A program made the translations under genes and the position numbers. From a bacterium (GTDB lineage Bacteria; Desulfobacterota; DSWW01): a DNA stretch of 64,000 nt. A model generated the notes under the pieces. That model saw nothing but the letters and a program-made list of their open reading frames with translations. It was not told where the DNA came from and ran no database searches. Location: contig JBFLZG010000081.1 of assembly GCA_040756235.1 (NCBI GenBank), forward strand, positions 1-64,000, written 5' to 3'. This document shows positions 1 to 9,865 of the stretch, piece by piece. Each line of letters opens with the position of its first letter. Positions within the stretch are counted from its first letter, which is position 1.

Positions 1-199
1 GGCGGGGCGCGGCGCCCCCCGCCGCCGTTTCGGGTAGCTCTTCCGGGCTTCAGGTTTGAGGTATCAGGTATCAGGATTCAGAAGCCGGCCCAGTCCCGGC
101 CCGGACCTGAAGCATCCGAATCCCGAGAAGGCATCCCGCACGGCGCCTGACGCTCGATTCCCGCCCTGCTTTTACAGTGGGCCCTCCGTTCCCTATCAT

Positions 200-362
200 A
201 GAGGCTGTCCCAAAATGCCCATCTGCGGCGTTGCACTCATGGGGTCCCGGAGGCTGGGGGAGCCTGCCCCGGCGAAAGGCCGGGGTCCACTGTGAATCCC
301 GGTTACGCCTCGTTCCTCAGGACTTCGTGCGCCTTGCATCTGGGCATTTTTGCACAGCCTCT
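200..362 (+). mobile_element. MITE (~163 bp non-autonomous inverted-repeat element), copy 1
   Basis: Terminal inverted repeats AGAGGCTGTCCCAAAATGCCCATCTGC (200-226) and GCATCTGGGCATTTTTGCACAGCCTCT (336-362); colinear with the reverse complement of 1863-2023; no credible ORF. Confidence 0.8.
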
Positions 363-456
363 GAAATCGAGCCTGGTGGGACAGGCTCTATCATAGAGCC
401 TGTCGCGAAAGGCAGCTCTGCTGCCTCTCTGGCCGCCGCCTGCATCCGGAGGGAGC

Positions 457-1125
457 GTGACCATACACGGCCTCATCTTCGACCTGGACGGGACCCTCGT
501 GGATTCCTTCCAGGCCATCCACGCAAGTCTCCAGTCGGCCATGGGGTCCCTCGGCATGACGCCCTGGGACTACGCAACGACTGTCCGCAACGTGGGCCGC
601 GGCCTCGGTCATCTCATCGAGGCAGCGGTCGGCCGAGACCGCAAAGCCGAGGCCCTGGAACGGTTCCGTGCGGATTACGCGGCCACCTGCCTCACGCGCA
701 CCTCCCTGCTGCCCGGGGTTGCCGAAACTCTCCCCAGACTCAAGGCCTCGGGCCGCCGGCTTGCGGTTGCCACGAACAAATCGCTTCCCTTCACCCTCCA
801 GATTCTCGGCCACTTCGGCATTCATTCCCATTTCGATTGCGTGCTCGCCCCCGAAGAAGTGGCGCGGCCCAAGCCTCACCCCGACATGATCCGGGCGGTC
901 CTGCGCCGCCTGGATCTGCCGGCCCGGCACTGTCTCTACGTCGGCGACATGCCCCTCGACGTGGAGACCGCGACCCGGGCGGGTGTGGGCTGCATGCTGG
1001 TGGCAACGGGTTTCTATCCGTTCGAAGAGCTGGCCCGCACGGTATCCGTACCGGTCGTCCGAAGGTTCTCTCAGGTCGCGGACGCTCTGGACCCGCAGGC
1101 GCAAGGGCCCTGCGGTCCGCCCTGA
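457..1125 (+). CDS. HAD-superfamily hydrolase, phosphoglycolate phosphatase-like
   Basis: Motif I FDLDGTLVDS, ATNK, KPHP, motif IV YVGDMPLD; GGAG RBS before GTG start. Confidence 0.9.
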   Translation: MTIHGLIFDLDGTLVDSFQAIHASLQSAMGSLGMTPWDYATTVRNVGRGLGHLIEAAVGRDRKAEALERFRADYAATCLTRTSLLPGVAETLPRLKASGRRLAVATNKSLPFTLQILGHFGIHSHFDCVLAPEEVARPKPHPDMIRAVLRRLDLPARHCLYVGDMPLDVETATRAGVGCMLVATGFYPFEELARTVSVPVVRRFSQVADALDPQAQGPCGPP

Positions 1126-1173
1126 GCGACCCGCCCAGACACGCGCAGACACCTCAACCGAGAGGAATCCAGC

Positions 1174-1755
1174 ATGATCCAAGTCGTCGCATTCAACGGA
1201 AGCCCGCGCAAACAAGGTAACACCTTGCACGCCCTTCAGGCCGTGATGCTGCCGCTGCAGAAGGCCGGCATCGGGACCGAACTCGTCCAGCTCGGCGGCG
1301 AGCCGATCAGCGGGTGCAAGGCCTGTTATGCCTGCGCCAAGGCAAAAGACGGCCACTGCCATGGAGGCCGCGACGACATGCTGAACGATTGCATCGACCG
1401 GATGCGCCAGGCCCAGGGAATCTTGCTGGGATCTCCCACCTACTTCAGCAACGTGTCGTCCGAGATCAAGGCGCTGATCGACCGCGCCGGGCTGGTGGCC
1501 AAGGTCAATGCCGACATGTTCAAGAGGAAGGTGGGAGCTGCGGTCGTGGTCGCACGGCGCGCCGGAGCCACCCACGTCTTCTCGAGCATCAACTACTTCT
1601 TTCTGATCAACCAGATGGTGGTCCCGGGCTCGCGCTATTGGAACCTGGCCATCGGCCGGGAGCCTGGCGAGATCCAGAAGGATGAGGAAGGACAGGCCAC
1701 GCTGACGACCCTGGGAGAGAACATGGCCTGGCTGCTCAAGAAGCTCTACGAGTGA
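1174..1755 (+). CDS. Iron-sulfur flavoprotein / NADPH-dependent FMN reductase family
   Basis: NGSPRKQGNT FMN loop, CxxCxxC...C cluster motif, GSPTYF, KALIDR. Confidence 0.9.
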   Translation: MIQVVAFNGSPRKQGNTLHALQAVMLPLQKAGIGTELVQLGGEPISGCKACYACAKAKDGHCHGGRDDMLNDCIDRMRQAQGILLGSPTYFSNVSSEIKALIDRAGLVAKVNADMFKRKVGAAVVVARRAGATHVFSSINYFFLINQMVVPGSRYWNLAIGREPGEIQKDEEGQATLTTLGENMAWLLKKLYE

Positions 1756-1862
1756 AAGGCGTGGAGAGAGGCAAGGGCTGCTTTGACCTTCGCCGTTTGA
1801 GCTGATTCAACAGATGGACATTGATGAACGCATTATGGAGCCAGCGCCAGGATCAGGCTCTT

Positions 1863-2023
1863 GCAGGCTGCTCAGAAATGTCCAGATGCAAGGCGTGCGA
1901 AATACCGAGGAATGAGGCGTAACCGGGAGGCGCAGTGGGCCTCGGCCTGCCCCGGGGCCGGCTCCCCCCGCCTCCATGCGCCATGAGCGCGACGCAGCAG
2001 ATGGGCATTTCTGGACCGCCTCC
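1863..2023 (-). mobile_element. MITE copy 2, inverted relative to copy 1
   Basis: Ends GCAGGCTGCTCAGAAATGTCCAGATGC and GCAGATGGGCATTTCTGGACCGCCTCC; reverse complement aligns along its length with 200-362, with scattered substitutions. Confidence 0.8.
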
Positions 2024-2148
2024 AAAAAAAATTCTCCCGGAAGAGCTAGGAGATGGACGCCCGTCCATCCCCTGTCTCCCGGGAGATCCACCGGAGGGGG
2101 AGGTGGAGGTGAAAGCCGAAGAGACAGATTCAGGTCTGCCCCGTAATT

Positions 2149-3348
2149 TCAGTACCCCAGCAGGGAGTAGCGAAACTTCTCGTTCCCGTCCCTTTCCTTC
2201 AAGGTCAGCTTGCAGGTCCCCCGATCCTCGACCGTGATCGTGTTGACTGCGCCCGGTCCCTGCTCTGCCGCCGCGGGATCGCCGGCCTCTCCTTCCGGCA
2301 CGAACATCACCTTCACGAACGCGTAGGTGTAGTCCTTGTTCTTGACTTCCACGCGGCACTTGCCGAAAGGCACGTGGGCCAGGTCCGCCCACTGGACACC
2401 GTCAACGGACACCGCGATCTCCGAAGGGTGGACCTCGCTGCTGAAGCTCAACCGGAACCATCGCGCGGGCTTGAGGACCACCCGGGTTTCCTCGCCGGAG
2501 ACCTCGAACTCCACCGGATAGAGAGCGAACTCCTTGTCGCGGATCGCATACGTTCCGTTCGGGAGATAGAGGGAGAAATCGCTGTTGCTCTCTACCGGGT
2601 CATAGAAGTAGTTGTAGAGGGCCTTGCGCAGCCTGTCGGACAGAAACTCGCTGTCTCTCCCGCTCACCACGTTCGCCTCCGCGGATCGGTTGGCCGAAAC
2701 GCCCACCGTGGTCGAGACGTCGCTCTCCAGGGCCGCAAAGCTGCTGGCACGGGAGGCCCTCGACGGCCTGGTCGGCCGCTGGGGCTGCGGTGTCGACATC
2801 GTCTCGACCCGGGTGAGCGAGACGGCATCCGGCCGGAACATTCTGTCCTGAGGGAAGGGCCGGATGAGGAACCGCACGTCCCCTCCGTTCTCGAGCATGA
2901 CTTGTTCGACCTCTGCCCAGAAGGAAGCCAGGTCGATGATCCTGCTCCCGATCTTGAGCGATTGAGAGCGTATGTCCCGGTTCCACCTTTCGGCATCCTT
3001 CAGTGCAAAGTAGGCCTGGATCCAGTTGCCGAGGGCGTGTTGTTCGACGGCCTTGAGCGAGCACAGCTCGGAGGCCTGCCGGCTGATGGCGCTGCCCGGG
3101 GCCATCGTGTCGAAGAGGCGCTCCGTTTCCGCGTACTTCAGTTGGAACAGCCGGTCCAGGAACTCCCGCTGGGCCCGGTCGGATGCGCCCAGGCCCTGAA
3201 TCTGCTGGACCAGGTTCTGCAGGTCTTTCTGGTACAGCTCGAGCCCCTTCCTGGCAACGTAGTCGTCCTGCTCCGCAAAGCCTGCAAGGGGCGCCCCCGC
3301 GAGCCAAAGAAAGGCACAAAGAACGCCGATCGGCCTCAAGATTCTCAT
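2149..3348 (-). CDS. Secreted hypothetical protein, helical N-terminus and beta-rich C-terminus (possibly PEGA-like)
   Basis: Signal peptide MRILRPIGVLCAFLWLAGAPLAGFA; last gene of the tolQ-tolR operon. Confidence 0.7.
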   Translation of the reverse strand: MRILRPIGVLCAFLWLAGAPLAGFAEQDDYVARKGLELYQKDLQNLVQQIQGLGASDRAQREFLDRLFQLKYAETERLFDTMAPGSAISRQASELCSLKAVEQHALGNWIQAYFALKDAERWNRDIRSQSLKIGSRIIDLASFWAEVEQVMLENGGDVRFLIRPFPQDRMFRPDAVSLTRVETMSTPQPQRPTRPSRASRASSFAALESDVSTTVGVSANRSAEANVVSGRDSEFLSDRLRKALYNYFYDPVESNSDFSLYLPNGTYAIRDKEFALYPVEFEVSGEETRVVLKPARWFRLSFSSEVHPSEIAVSVDGVQWADLAHVPFGKCRVEVKNKDYTYAFVKVMFVPEGEAGDPAAAEQGPGAVNTITVEDRGTCKLTLKERDGNEKFRYSLLGY

Positions 3349-3412
3349 GTTTCTGCTCCCCCGTCCTATTCCAGTCGTCCGGTAACCGTTCCGTTTCTTG
3401 CCTGCCCGCAGG

Positions 3413-4756
3413 CTACATCGGGCTCTTGCTGAGCTGCTCGCTCACGTTCTTGTAGCGCATGGCTTCCAGGATCCTCCCTGAGCCGCGCAGCGAGTTCACC
3501 CAGAAGAGCAGAACTTCCTTTTCCTCGTCGCTTTGAATCTTTTCGAAGTCATTGTTGTACTTGTCCAGAATCACCTGCACCGCCTGCTTCCCGTACCGGT
3601 AGAACTGATCCTCGTCCCCCTTCTGATACGACGCGAACGCAAGCAGGTAGGACATGTAATACTGGTCCTTCCAGGCCGGGATCCGGAAAGACTGGTGGCA
3701 CAGCTGGATGATCCGGTCGTAATCGGGCTGCTTCATCATCGCGTAGCCCACCGCAACCCCCTTCAGGCTCGAGCCGTAAGTCTCGAACAGCTCCGGCCAG
3801 GTGCCCCACTCGGAGCTATGGCTGGCCCAGAGCTGCCAGGCCTGGGTGGCGTAGTCCAGCGCGAGCTGTTTGTCCTCAATGGAGTCCTTCTTCAGGTAGA
3901 CGTCGGCAATCTGTCTGGACATGGCCGCTTTGGCCCGGTCGGTCTGGGCCACGACCAGCCCCTTCCGCAGATGGCCGATGGCCTCGTCATAAGCGCCGTA
4001 CGACTCGGCCAGCTCCTTGCCCCGGATCCAGTGCACGCACGTCTTAAGGTTCGAGTCGAAGGAGAGCTCCTTGGCGTATTTCTGATACTTCTCACGGTCC
4101 TTGGAGACCGTTCCTCGGGCACAGACGCTCTCGGTCAGGGGTTTGTAGACCTCCGGCATGTCGCTCACCAGGATCATGCTCAGAAAGGTCTCCAGAGAGC
4201 GGTCCAGATAGCGCTCCCGCTGTTCATCCAGAGGATCCTTCCACTCCCCGAGGGTCTCGGCCATGACCATGGCCTGCTCGATATTGGACAGGATCTTCCA
4301 CTCCCTCTCCTTGCGGGTCTCGCCGTCCCAGGTGGGATAGAGGAGCTCGTACTGCTCCTCATACAGGAGCCCCAGATTGAACAGGCCGTCCATCTGGTAA
4401 CGGGCCGCGTCCAGGCTGGTAAAGGTCTTGATGTCCCGGTAGAGGGCAAGTCCCTTCTCGTAGCTTTCGATGGCCCGGGCGATCTCGCCCTCCTTGTGGC
4501 TCTTCTTGAACAGCTTGTGGTAAGCGTTCCCGCGCAGGAACCACACCTGGGGGTGGAAGTCCTCGCCCAGCTTCTTGAGGTACTCGTCGCACACGCCCAC
4601 GGCCCCGGCCGAGTCGTCTTTGTCGTAGAGATCTTTGGCACGTTTGAGCAGCTCGAGGTGCATGGCCTGCGGACTGTCCGCGGAGTCTGCGGCCAGAGCC
4701 AGGACCGGGACCATCAGGAGGACGCAACCGACCAGGACGGCGTAGAACCTTTTCAT
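3413..4756 (-). CDS. Secreted tetratricopeptide-repeat-like protein
   Basis: Signal peptide ending ALA; TPR-like helices such as VWFLRGNAY...AIESYEKGL, LFNLGLLY and YDEAIGHLRKGL. Confidence 0.75.
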   Translation of the reverse strand: MKRFYAVLVGCVLLMVPVLALAADSADSPQAMHLELLKRAKDLYDKDDSAGAVGVCDEYLKKLGEDFHPQVWFLRGNAYHKLFKKSHKEGEIARAIESYEKGLALYRDIKTFTSLDAARYQMDGLFNLGLLYEEQYELLYPTWDGETRKEREWKILSNIEQAMVMAETLGEWKDPLDEQRERYLDRSLETFLSMILVSDMPEVYKPLTESVCARGTVSKDREKYQKYAKELSFDSNLKTCVHWIRGKELAESYGAYDEAIGHLRKGLVVAQTDRAKAAMSRQIADVYLKKDSIEDKQLALDYATQAWQLWASHSSEWGTWPELFETYGSSLKGVAVGYAMMKQPDYDRIIQLCHQSFRIPAWKDQYYMSYLLAFASYQKGDEDQFYRYGKQAVQVILDKYNNDFEKIQSDEEKEVLLFWVNSLRGSGRILEAMRYKNVSEQLSKSPM

Positions 4757-4762
4757 GACCCT

Positions 4763-6055
4763 TCACTCCTTCAGGACATGTTGCAGTGTCTGGAGACAGA
4801 CGGTAATTTCCTGCAGCTTGGTGCCCACCGATACGTTCTGGCCTCCTGCGGAAGCCAACCGAAGCTCGAACCGGGGGTAGGGTTCTCCCGCAAGCATCGT
4901 GATCACCTGCTGCTTGCCATTGGCGAACTGCAGGACGACCTGGGTGCTCGAGTAGCTCAACCCCGCAAGCCCGCACGCCTCCAGCGACCTCGTGACCGGT
5001 GCGCTCGGAAGCCTCCGGCCTTCGAGGAACTTTTTGAGCTGGGCGGACCGTGAAAGATAGGCACTGCCCGAGGTCGTCTCATCCCCCACGTCGGCGAGCT
5101 TGAACGGAAGGGGAGCGCCCAGCGCGATCTGACCTTCGGCCTGGCGCACCATGATTCCCGGCGTGCCGGTTCCCTGGCCGTGCGTGCCGCTCGCCGCCGC
5201 TGCCGCCGCCGGCCTGCCCGTATTCTCTCCAGCCAACAATCCGCTCGGCATCTCGATCCCCCCGAGCCCCGTTCCTCCGCTCGAGAGCACCCCCCCCGGC
5301 TTGCTGGTTCCCTTGGAGCTCTTCCCCTGGCCCGCATAGAGAGCGTTGCCGCCGTTCCCGCCGCCTCGCTGAATATCCAGGGTCATCCCCACGTCGTCCA
5401 GCGTGGCGGCATGCGCCTTCGCCGTGAGGCCGAGACGCGAAGTCCCCGTGCTCACTCCGGGGCTCTTGCCAGGGCCCGAGCCGGGTCGCGAGGCCTTTTC
5501 GGCGCCGATCTCCATGGCCATGGCGACGTAGCCGGCCCCGGCGTTCGGCTGGGCCGCCGTCGGGCTCTTCACGCTCCCTCGAGGCGATCCTCCGGCGGCT
5601 TGGGCCGGGCGCGGCGGTTGCGGGACGTCCAGGCTCAGGTCGATATCCGCAGCCGGGACAAAGTTGGTTTCCTTGGGTTGGGCCGGCGGCGCCTTCTGCT
5701 CGCGTTTGGCAAGCGGCCGCTCCATGACAAGGGTCATGTCCACCTGCACCACCTCGCGCGCCACAGGCGGAACGTCCGGCTTTCTCTCCTCAACCGGCGC
5801 TTTCGTCTTCGCCTCCAGGACCGGGGCTTCCTTCTTCTTCTCCACCACGGGCTCGGGCATCTTCTTGGGAGGCTCTTCCTTGAGCTTGGGCAGCTTCGGC
5901 ACCGGGACATCGGCCCGCTTCACGAGCTTGACCTGGCATGCCTGGGGCGGTGGCTTCGGCAGGCTCGCGGAGAACCTGGCGGTCGCCGCCGCTCCGACCA
6001 GGCCTGCATGCATCAGCCCTGAAAGCAGAATCATTCTCGACAGCGTGATGCGCAT
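4763..6055 (-). CDS. TonB/TolA-like energy transducer with atypical C-terminal domain
   Basis: N-terminal membrane anchor with SxxxH (SGLMH); long Pro/Lys/Glu then Gly/Ser/Ala linker; directly downstream of tolQ-tolR. Confidence 0.65.
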   Translation of the reverse strand: MRITLSRMILLSGLMHAGLVGAAATARFSASLPKPPPQACQVKLVKRADVPVPKLPKLKEEPPKKMPEPVVEKKKEAPVLEAKTKAPVEERKPDVPPVAREVVQVDMTLVMERPLAKREQKAPPAQPKETNFVPAADIDLSLDVPQPPRPAQAAGGSPRGSVKSPTAAQPNAGAGYVAMAMEIGAEKASRPGSGPGKSPGVSTGTSRLGLTAKAHAATLDDVGMTLDIQRGGGNGGNALYAGQGKSSKGTSKPGGVLSSGGTGLGGIEMPSGLLAGENTGRPAAAAAASGTHGQGTGTPGIMVRQAEGQIALGAPLPFKLADVGDETTSGSAYLSRSAQLKKFLEGRRLPSAPVTRSLEACGLAGLSYSSTQVVLQFANGKQQVITMLAGEPYPRFELRLASAGGQNVSVGTKLQEITVCLQTLQHVLKE

Positions 6056-6159
6056 CGAATGCTCACCGAAGGGACGCCTCCTTCAAGAGGCTGTCCCGCT
6101 CTGGATGTTGGCTCTGAGCTCGTTCGTCCTCACGCCTTGCGTGCTCCGTCGCGGGACGC

Positions 6160-6564
6160 CTACTCGGGCGGCTCGGTGATCAGGCCCAACTGGTTCACGC
6201 CGGCGTCCTGGACCACCCCCATGGCCCTGGCCACGAACCCGTAGGAAACCTGGCGGTCCGCCTGAACGAAGATTTCTTTCTCGCTCTGCTCCCCGTAGAG
6301 CGTCTGGAGCCTCGCCGCGAGCTCCTCGATGGGCACCTTGTCCTTGTTCAGGTAGAGGCTCTCGTCGCCGCGGATCGTGAGGACGACTTGTTCCTTGGGA
6401 ATCTCCAGCTCCTTCTTGCTCGCCTCCGGCAGATCGACCTCGACGCCGAACTGGAGCAGCGGGGCGGTGACCATGAAGATGACGAGCAGCACGAGCATCA
6501 CGTCCACGAAAGGAGTGACGTTGATCTGACTCAAGGTCTGGTCCTGTGGATTGCCGACTTCCAT
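6160..6564 (-). CDS. tolR: TolR/ExbD family biopolymer transport protein
   Basis: INVTPFVDVMLVLLVIFMVTAP with the conserved TM Asp; ADRQVSYG; could also be classed as ExbD. Confidence 0.9.
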   Translation of the reverse strand: MEVGNPQDQTLSQINVTPFVDVMLVLLVIFMVTAPLLQFGVEVDLPEASKKELEIPKEQVVLTIRGDESLYLNKDKVPIEELAARLQTLYGEQSEKEIFVQADRQVSYGFVARAMGVVQDAGVNQLGLITEPPE

Positions 6565-6608
6565 GAGGGTATCCCTTCTTCAGGATCGGTTGCCGGAGCC
6601 CGCGGGAA

Positions 6609-7400
6609 TCAGGCTGCGCATTTCTGCTGGACCTGGCTCTTCTCGCGCAGCACCGAGCGCAGCTCGTGCTCGCTGAAGGTCTGGAAATCCGAACCGAAGT
6701 TCTCCATCTGGTTGCCCAGGATCCTCGACCAGTTCAGGAAGTAGTTGTAGGCCACCACCGCAGGGATCGCGGCGAACAGCCCCACCGCCGTCGCGATCAG
6801 GGCTTCCGCAATGCCGGGCGCAACCGTTGCCAGGCTGGCATTGCCGGTCGCCCCGATGCTGCGGAAGGACGTCATGATCCCCCAGACGGTGCCGAACAGG
6901 CCGATGAAAGGAGCGGTGCTGCCGGTGGTTGCCAGAAACGTGAGCGCGCTCTCGAGGCCGGTCCTGGCCTCGCTTTGCGCCTTCCGCAGAGCTCGGTGGA
7001 TCGCCTCCGTCTCCCGCATGCCGGCGTCCGACGGCCAGAGACCCGCGCCACTCCCGAAGAACGCCACTGCCTTTGCGAGCTCCTTGTACCCGGCTTCGAA
7101 CATCTGCTTCAGCGGGTTGCGGGGCGGATGCTGGCAGGAGTGGTAGAGGGCCGCCATGTTCTCACCCTTCGAGAACAGCGCCGAGAACTCTCTTGATCTT
7201 CGCTCGGCCCTGCGAAACATGACGAGCTTGTACAGGATGATCCCCCAACAGACGACCGACATGAGCAGGAGCAGGATCAGCACCAACTTGACCACGAGGC
7301 CAGGGTTGAGGAAGGTCTCCACCAGCAGATTGTCCCCGAACTTCCCCTGCGTGGTTTCCCCGATCCCATATGCGATGAGTGGCGTCACCTGTAGCAGCAT
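6609..7400 (-). CDS. tolQ: TolQ/ExbB/MotA family proton channel
   Basis: LATTGSTAPFIGLFGTVWGIM, VAPGIAEALIATAVGLFAAIPAVVAYN; ATG at 7400 preferred because the sigma-54 box lies inside the longer ORF. Confidence 0.9.
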   Translation of the reverse strand: MLLQVTPLIAYGIGETTQGKFGDNLLVETFLNPGLVVKLVLILLLLMSVVCWGIILYKLVMFRRAERRSREFSALFSKGENMAALYHSCQHPPRNPLKQMFEAGYKELAKAVAFFGSGAGLWPSDAGMRETEAIHRALRKAQSEARTGLESALTFLATTGSTAPFIGLFGTVWGIMTSFRSIGATGNASLATVAPGIAEALIATAVGLFAAIPAVVAYNYFLNWSRILGNQMENFGSDFQTFSEHELRSVLREKSQVQQKCAA

Positions 7401-7493
7401 CCGACTTACCCCCAGCTCTTGGTTGACGGGTCCGCACTTGGCTTGTCCTTTGCCCTGCCACCCGGAGGCAAGGCACGGCTCGGCTCGAAAACT

Positions 7494-7509
7494 AGCAAAT
7501 CCAGTGCCA
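7494..7509 (-). promoter_or_regulatory. Sigma-54 (-24/-12) promoter of the tolQ operon
   Basis: Minus strand TGGCAC-TGGAT-TTGCT matches TGGCAC-N5-TTGCW; about 95 bp upstream of the tolQ ATG. Confidence 0.7.
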
Positions 7510-8149
7510 GGATCGCCTTTCATCTCCTGCTCCCTCGCACCGGTCCTCCGGTGCGGCTTTGGACCGGCACCTGCCCGGCTGCCCGCGCGGTCCAGCGGTT
7601 GCGCCGCAGAAAGCGGCCGGGCGCCGATCTAAGATCCCGAGTTTCGTGCAGTTTCCTGCGCGACTCGGCGACTCGCGTGGGTGCGGAGGCCTGGATACGA
7701 AAATGAAACTGCCGTGCAGGAGCCCGGCTCTGACCTGCACGGCTCCCGGCGGTCTCATGACGTGGAAAGGCCCTGTCCGGTTGCGCCGGCCGGCCGCGGG
7801 TGGGCCCGGCCTCTTGCTCTGCCGGGTCGCCAGGACGGGAGGTTACCTTTTCGTACTCACGGGGACAGTTCTGCCGGAGCCCGGCTTCGGTTCCGAGGGA
7901 AGAACCGTCCGGGAGCGTGCCCCAGCGCGGCCGAAAACCGGCTCCGCCGGGCCCCGGCGACGCCGCGTACTATGAACAAAAATCATAGCGGCCTTTAATT
8001 ATGTCACAGACGGCGGGCCCATCACGCTGTTGCGCCTCCGGCAATTCGGCGCAACGGCAGCAGGGTCTCCCCCCCCTCCGCTCATTGACTTTGCCCAGCC
8101 CCTCAGGCAAGGTAACTTTCATTTTCCAGATTCCAAGGGAGACGCATCC

Positions 8150-8485
8150 ATGCCATCACAAACCAAATCGGTCCGGGGAGCGCAGAAAGACCGCTACGAG
8201 AGCGCCATTGCCGCCCGGGTTGCCCTTCTCAAGGAGAAAGGACTGGCGCCCGCAGCCATCCAGAAAGACGCCCGCCTCCGTCATCTCCGGGCAGGACTGC
8301 GTCAGACCATGACCCGGCTCCAAGCCATAGCGGCCACGGAAAAACAAAATGAGGCCTTGGCTCTCAAGAAAAGGCAGGCCGAGCTCGGTGTGAAAGAGGA
8401 GAAGTCCGCCAAGCCCGAGCCGCAGCCCAAGGCAGCGAAGAAAGAGAAAAAGGAAAAGAAGACCAAGCCGAAGGCGTCGGAATGA
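8150..8485 (+). CDS. Small basic, Lys-rich hypothetical protein
   Basis: AAGGGAG RBS before ATG 8150; helical core and KKEKKEKK tail. Confidence 0.65.
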   Translation: MPSQTKSVRGAQKDRYESAIAARVALLKEKGLAPAAIQKDARLRHLRAGLRQTMTRLQAIAATEKQNEALALKKRQAELGVKEEKSAKPEPQPKAAKKEKKEKKTKPKASE

Positions 8486-8692
8486 TCTGAAGGCGAGAGG
8501 GTCCTCTGGAGGGATCGGTCCGTACGCCTCCCCCCATTTTCGCGCACCGTGCGGCTTCCGGTGCGCGCATCTTTACGCGCTTCTCTGTCTCCCCGAGGGG
8601 TACCTCTGGCGGCGTTTTCTTGGATGGACCCGGGTGGGGAGGCTGAAACCTGGTCCCCTCGAACCCGGCACCCGATCGGCACCTCGCCGCCC

Positions 8693-9427
8693 TCACTCCG
8701 GCCTTCCCCTCTTTGGCGGCGAGACGCTCGCATACAGCCGGTCCAGTACTGCACGGGCGAGCCTTTCAGGCATTTGATCACGCCCCGGCGCTGCGACGCG
8801 GAGGACCAGCGGAGCCGCTTTACCCATCCGATCCCTGACCTCAGCCAGCAGCTCCGTTCGAACCACCGCGATCACCGGCAGCGGGGCCTCCGAAAGCAGC
8901 AGCGGGAGCAGATTGGAGAAGCCCTCTCCTCTCAGCTCGAGATGTCCGAGCTCGTCGGCAAGGACCACCTCGCTCTCCGCGACCGCTCTCTCCAGCGCCT
9001 CCCTTCCCATCCGCAACGCTTCTCGGGAGAACCGGTAAGGCCCCACGCACGGGCCGTCCCAGGGTCTGTCCGTCCGCGCCAGGACCCACTCACGCCGCGG
9101 GTCTGCGAGGTCTCGCACACGAAGCCCGGCGATCTTACCCTCCTGATCCACGATCTTCTCGGTCAGCACCCCTCCGCACCGCAGGCCCGCATCCTTCAGG
9201 ATAGCCGCAGCCTTTTCGCACACCGTCGTCTTGCCTGCGCCCCTCTTGCCCGTGACGAGGATGCGAAGCGCCGGGCCAGACGTGATTCGCGGCCGGGCGG
9301 CTCGCAGGCCGGCGCCTGCCGGCGGCGGCCCCGACGCGGCAGGCGCGGCCTTGCGGGCCTGCACCTTGGGCACGCGCCGGCCCTGGTCGCGATCGCTTCG
9401 ACCGGTCAGTCGAGAAGCTCCTTCCAC
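8693..9427 (-). CDS. Nucleoside-triphosphatase, THEP1/NTPase_1 family
   Basis: ILVTGKRGAGKTT Walker A, GGVLTE, VGPYRF, ADELGHLE; true start uncertain. Confidence 0.8.
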   Translation of the reverse strand: MEGASRLTGRSDRDQGRRVPKVQARKAAPAASGPPPAGAGLRAARPRITSGPALRILVTGKRGAGKTTVCEKAAAILKDAGLRCGGVLTEKIVDQEGKIAGLRVRDLADPRREWVLARTDRPWDGPCVGPYRFSREALRMGREALERAVAESEVVLADELGHLELRGEGFSNLLPLLLSEAPLPVIAVVRTELLAEVRDRMGKAAPLVLRVAAPGRDQMPERLARAVLDRLYASVSPPKRGRPE

Positions 9428-9810
9428 TTCGCGCTCTTGCTCTTGATCCGGGCGACTTGACGGCTTTCGCGATTGAACTTGACAAGCGAGGACAGGATCA
9501 GGTGGCCTGCAACCAGGACAAGGGCCGCACAGAGGACCAGCAGGGGGACCAGGTAGTGGAGATTGGCGAAGAAGTCGTAGAAGCGGGAAGTCGTGATGAG
9601 AACGGTGGCGACCGACAGGGGCAGGGTAAAGAGCGCGATCCCGGTCCTCAGGGCGGCCAGCGACGTGCGCTTTTCTGCCAGCAGGAGTTGGACCCGGCCA
9701 AAGTCCAGGGCCTCTTCTCTGTCCTCGGCCGCGCTCCCGTCAAGCTGCGCAGGCAGACGATCCGGCAGCGTCGCGTCGCTCAAATCTGCGGGTTCCGACC
9801 TCCCTTTCAT
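9406..9810 (-). CDS. DUF202-like small membrane protein
   Basis: LLAEKRTSLAALRTGIA followed by two hydrophobic helices. Confidence 0.7.
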   Translation of the reverse strand: MKGRSEPADLSDATLPDRLPAQLDGSAAEDREEALDFGRVQLLLAEKRTSLAALRTGIALFTLPLSVATVLITTSRFYDFFANLHYLVPLLVLCAALVLVAGHLILSSLVKFNRESRQVARIKSKSAKWKELLD

Positions 9811-9865
9811 GTTCGGCCTCTCTTCGCCCGCGGACCGGCCTTCTGTCCCTGCGGTATTCCTCGGC

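Noticed and set aside
50..130. Short TCAGGTA-like heptamer run with weak inverted symmetry
   Set aside because: Too short and degenerate; not a CRISPR array or iteron set
7970..7988. CTATGA-N7-TCATAG inverted repeat between divergent genes
   Set aside because: Single 6-bp-arm palindrome; could be an enhancer or operator but not distinguishable from chance
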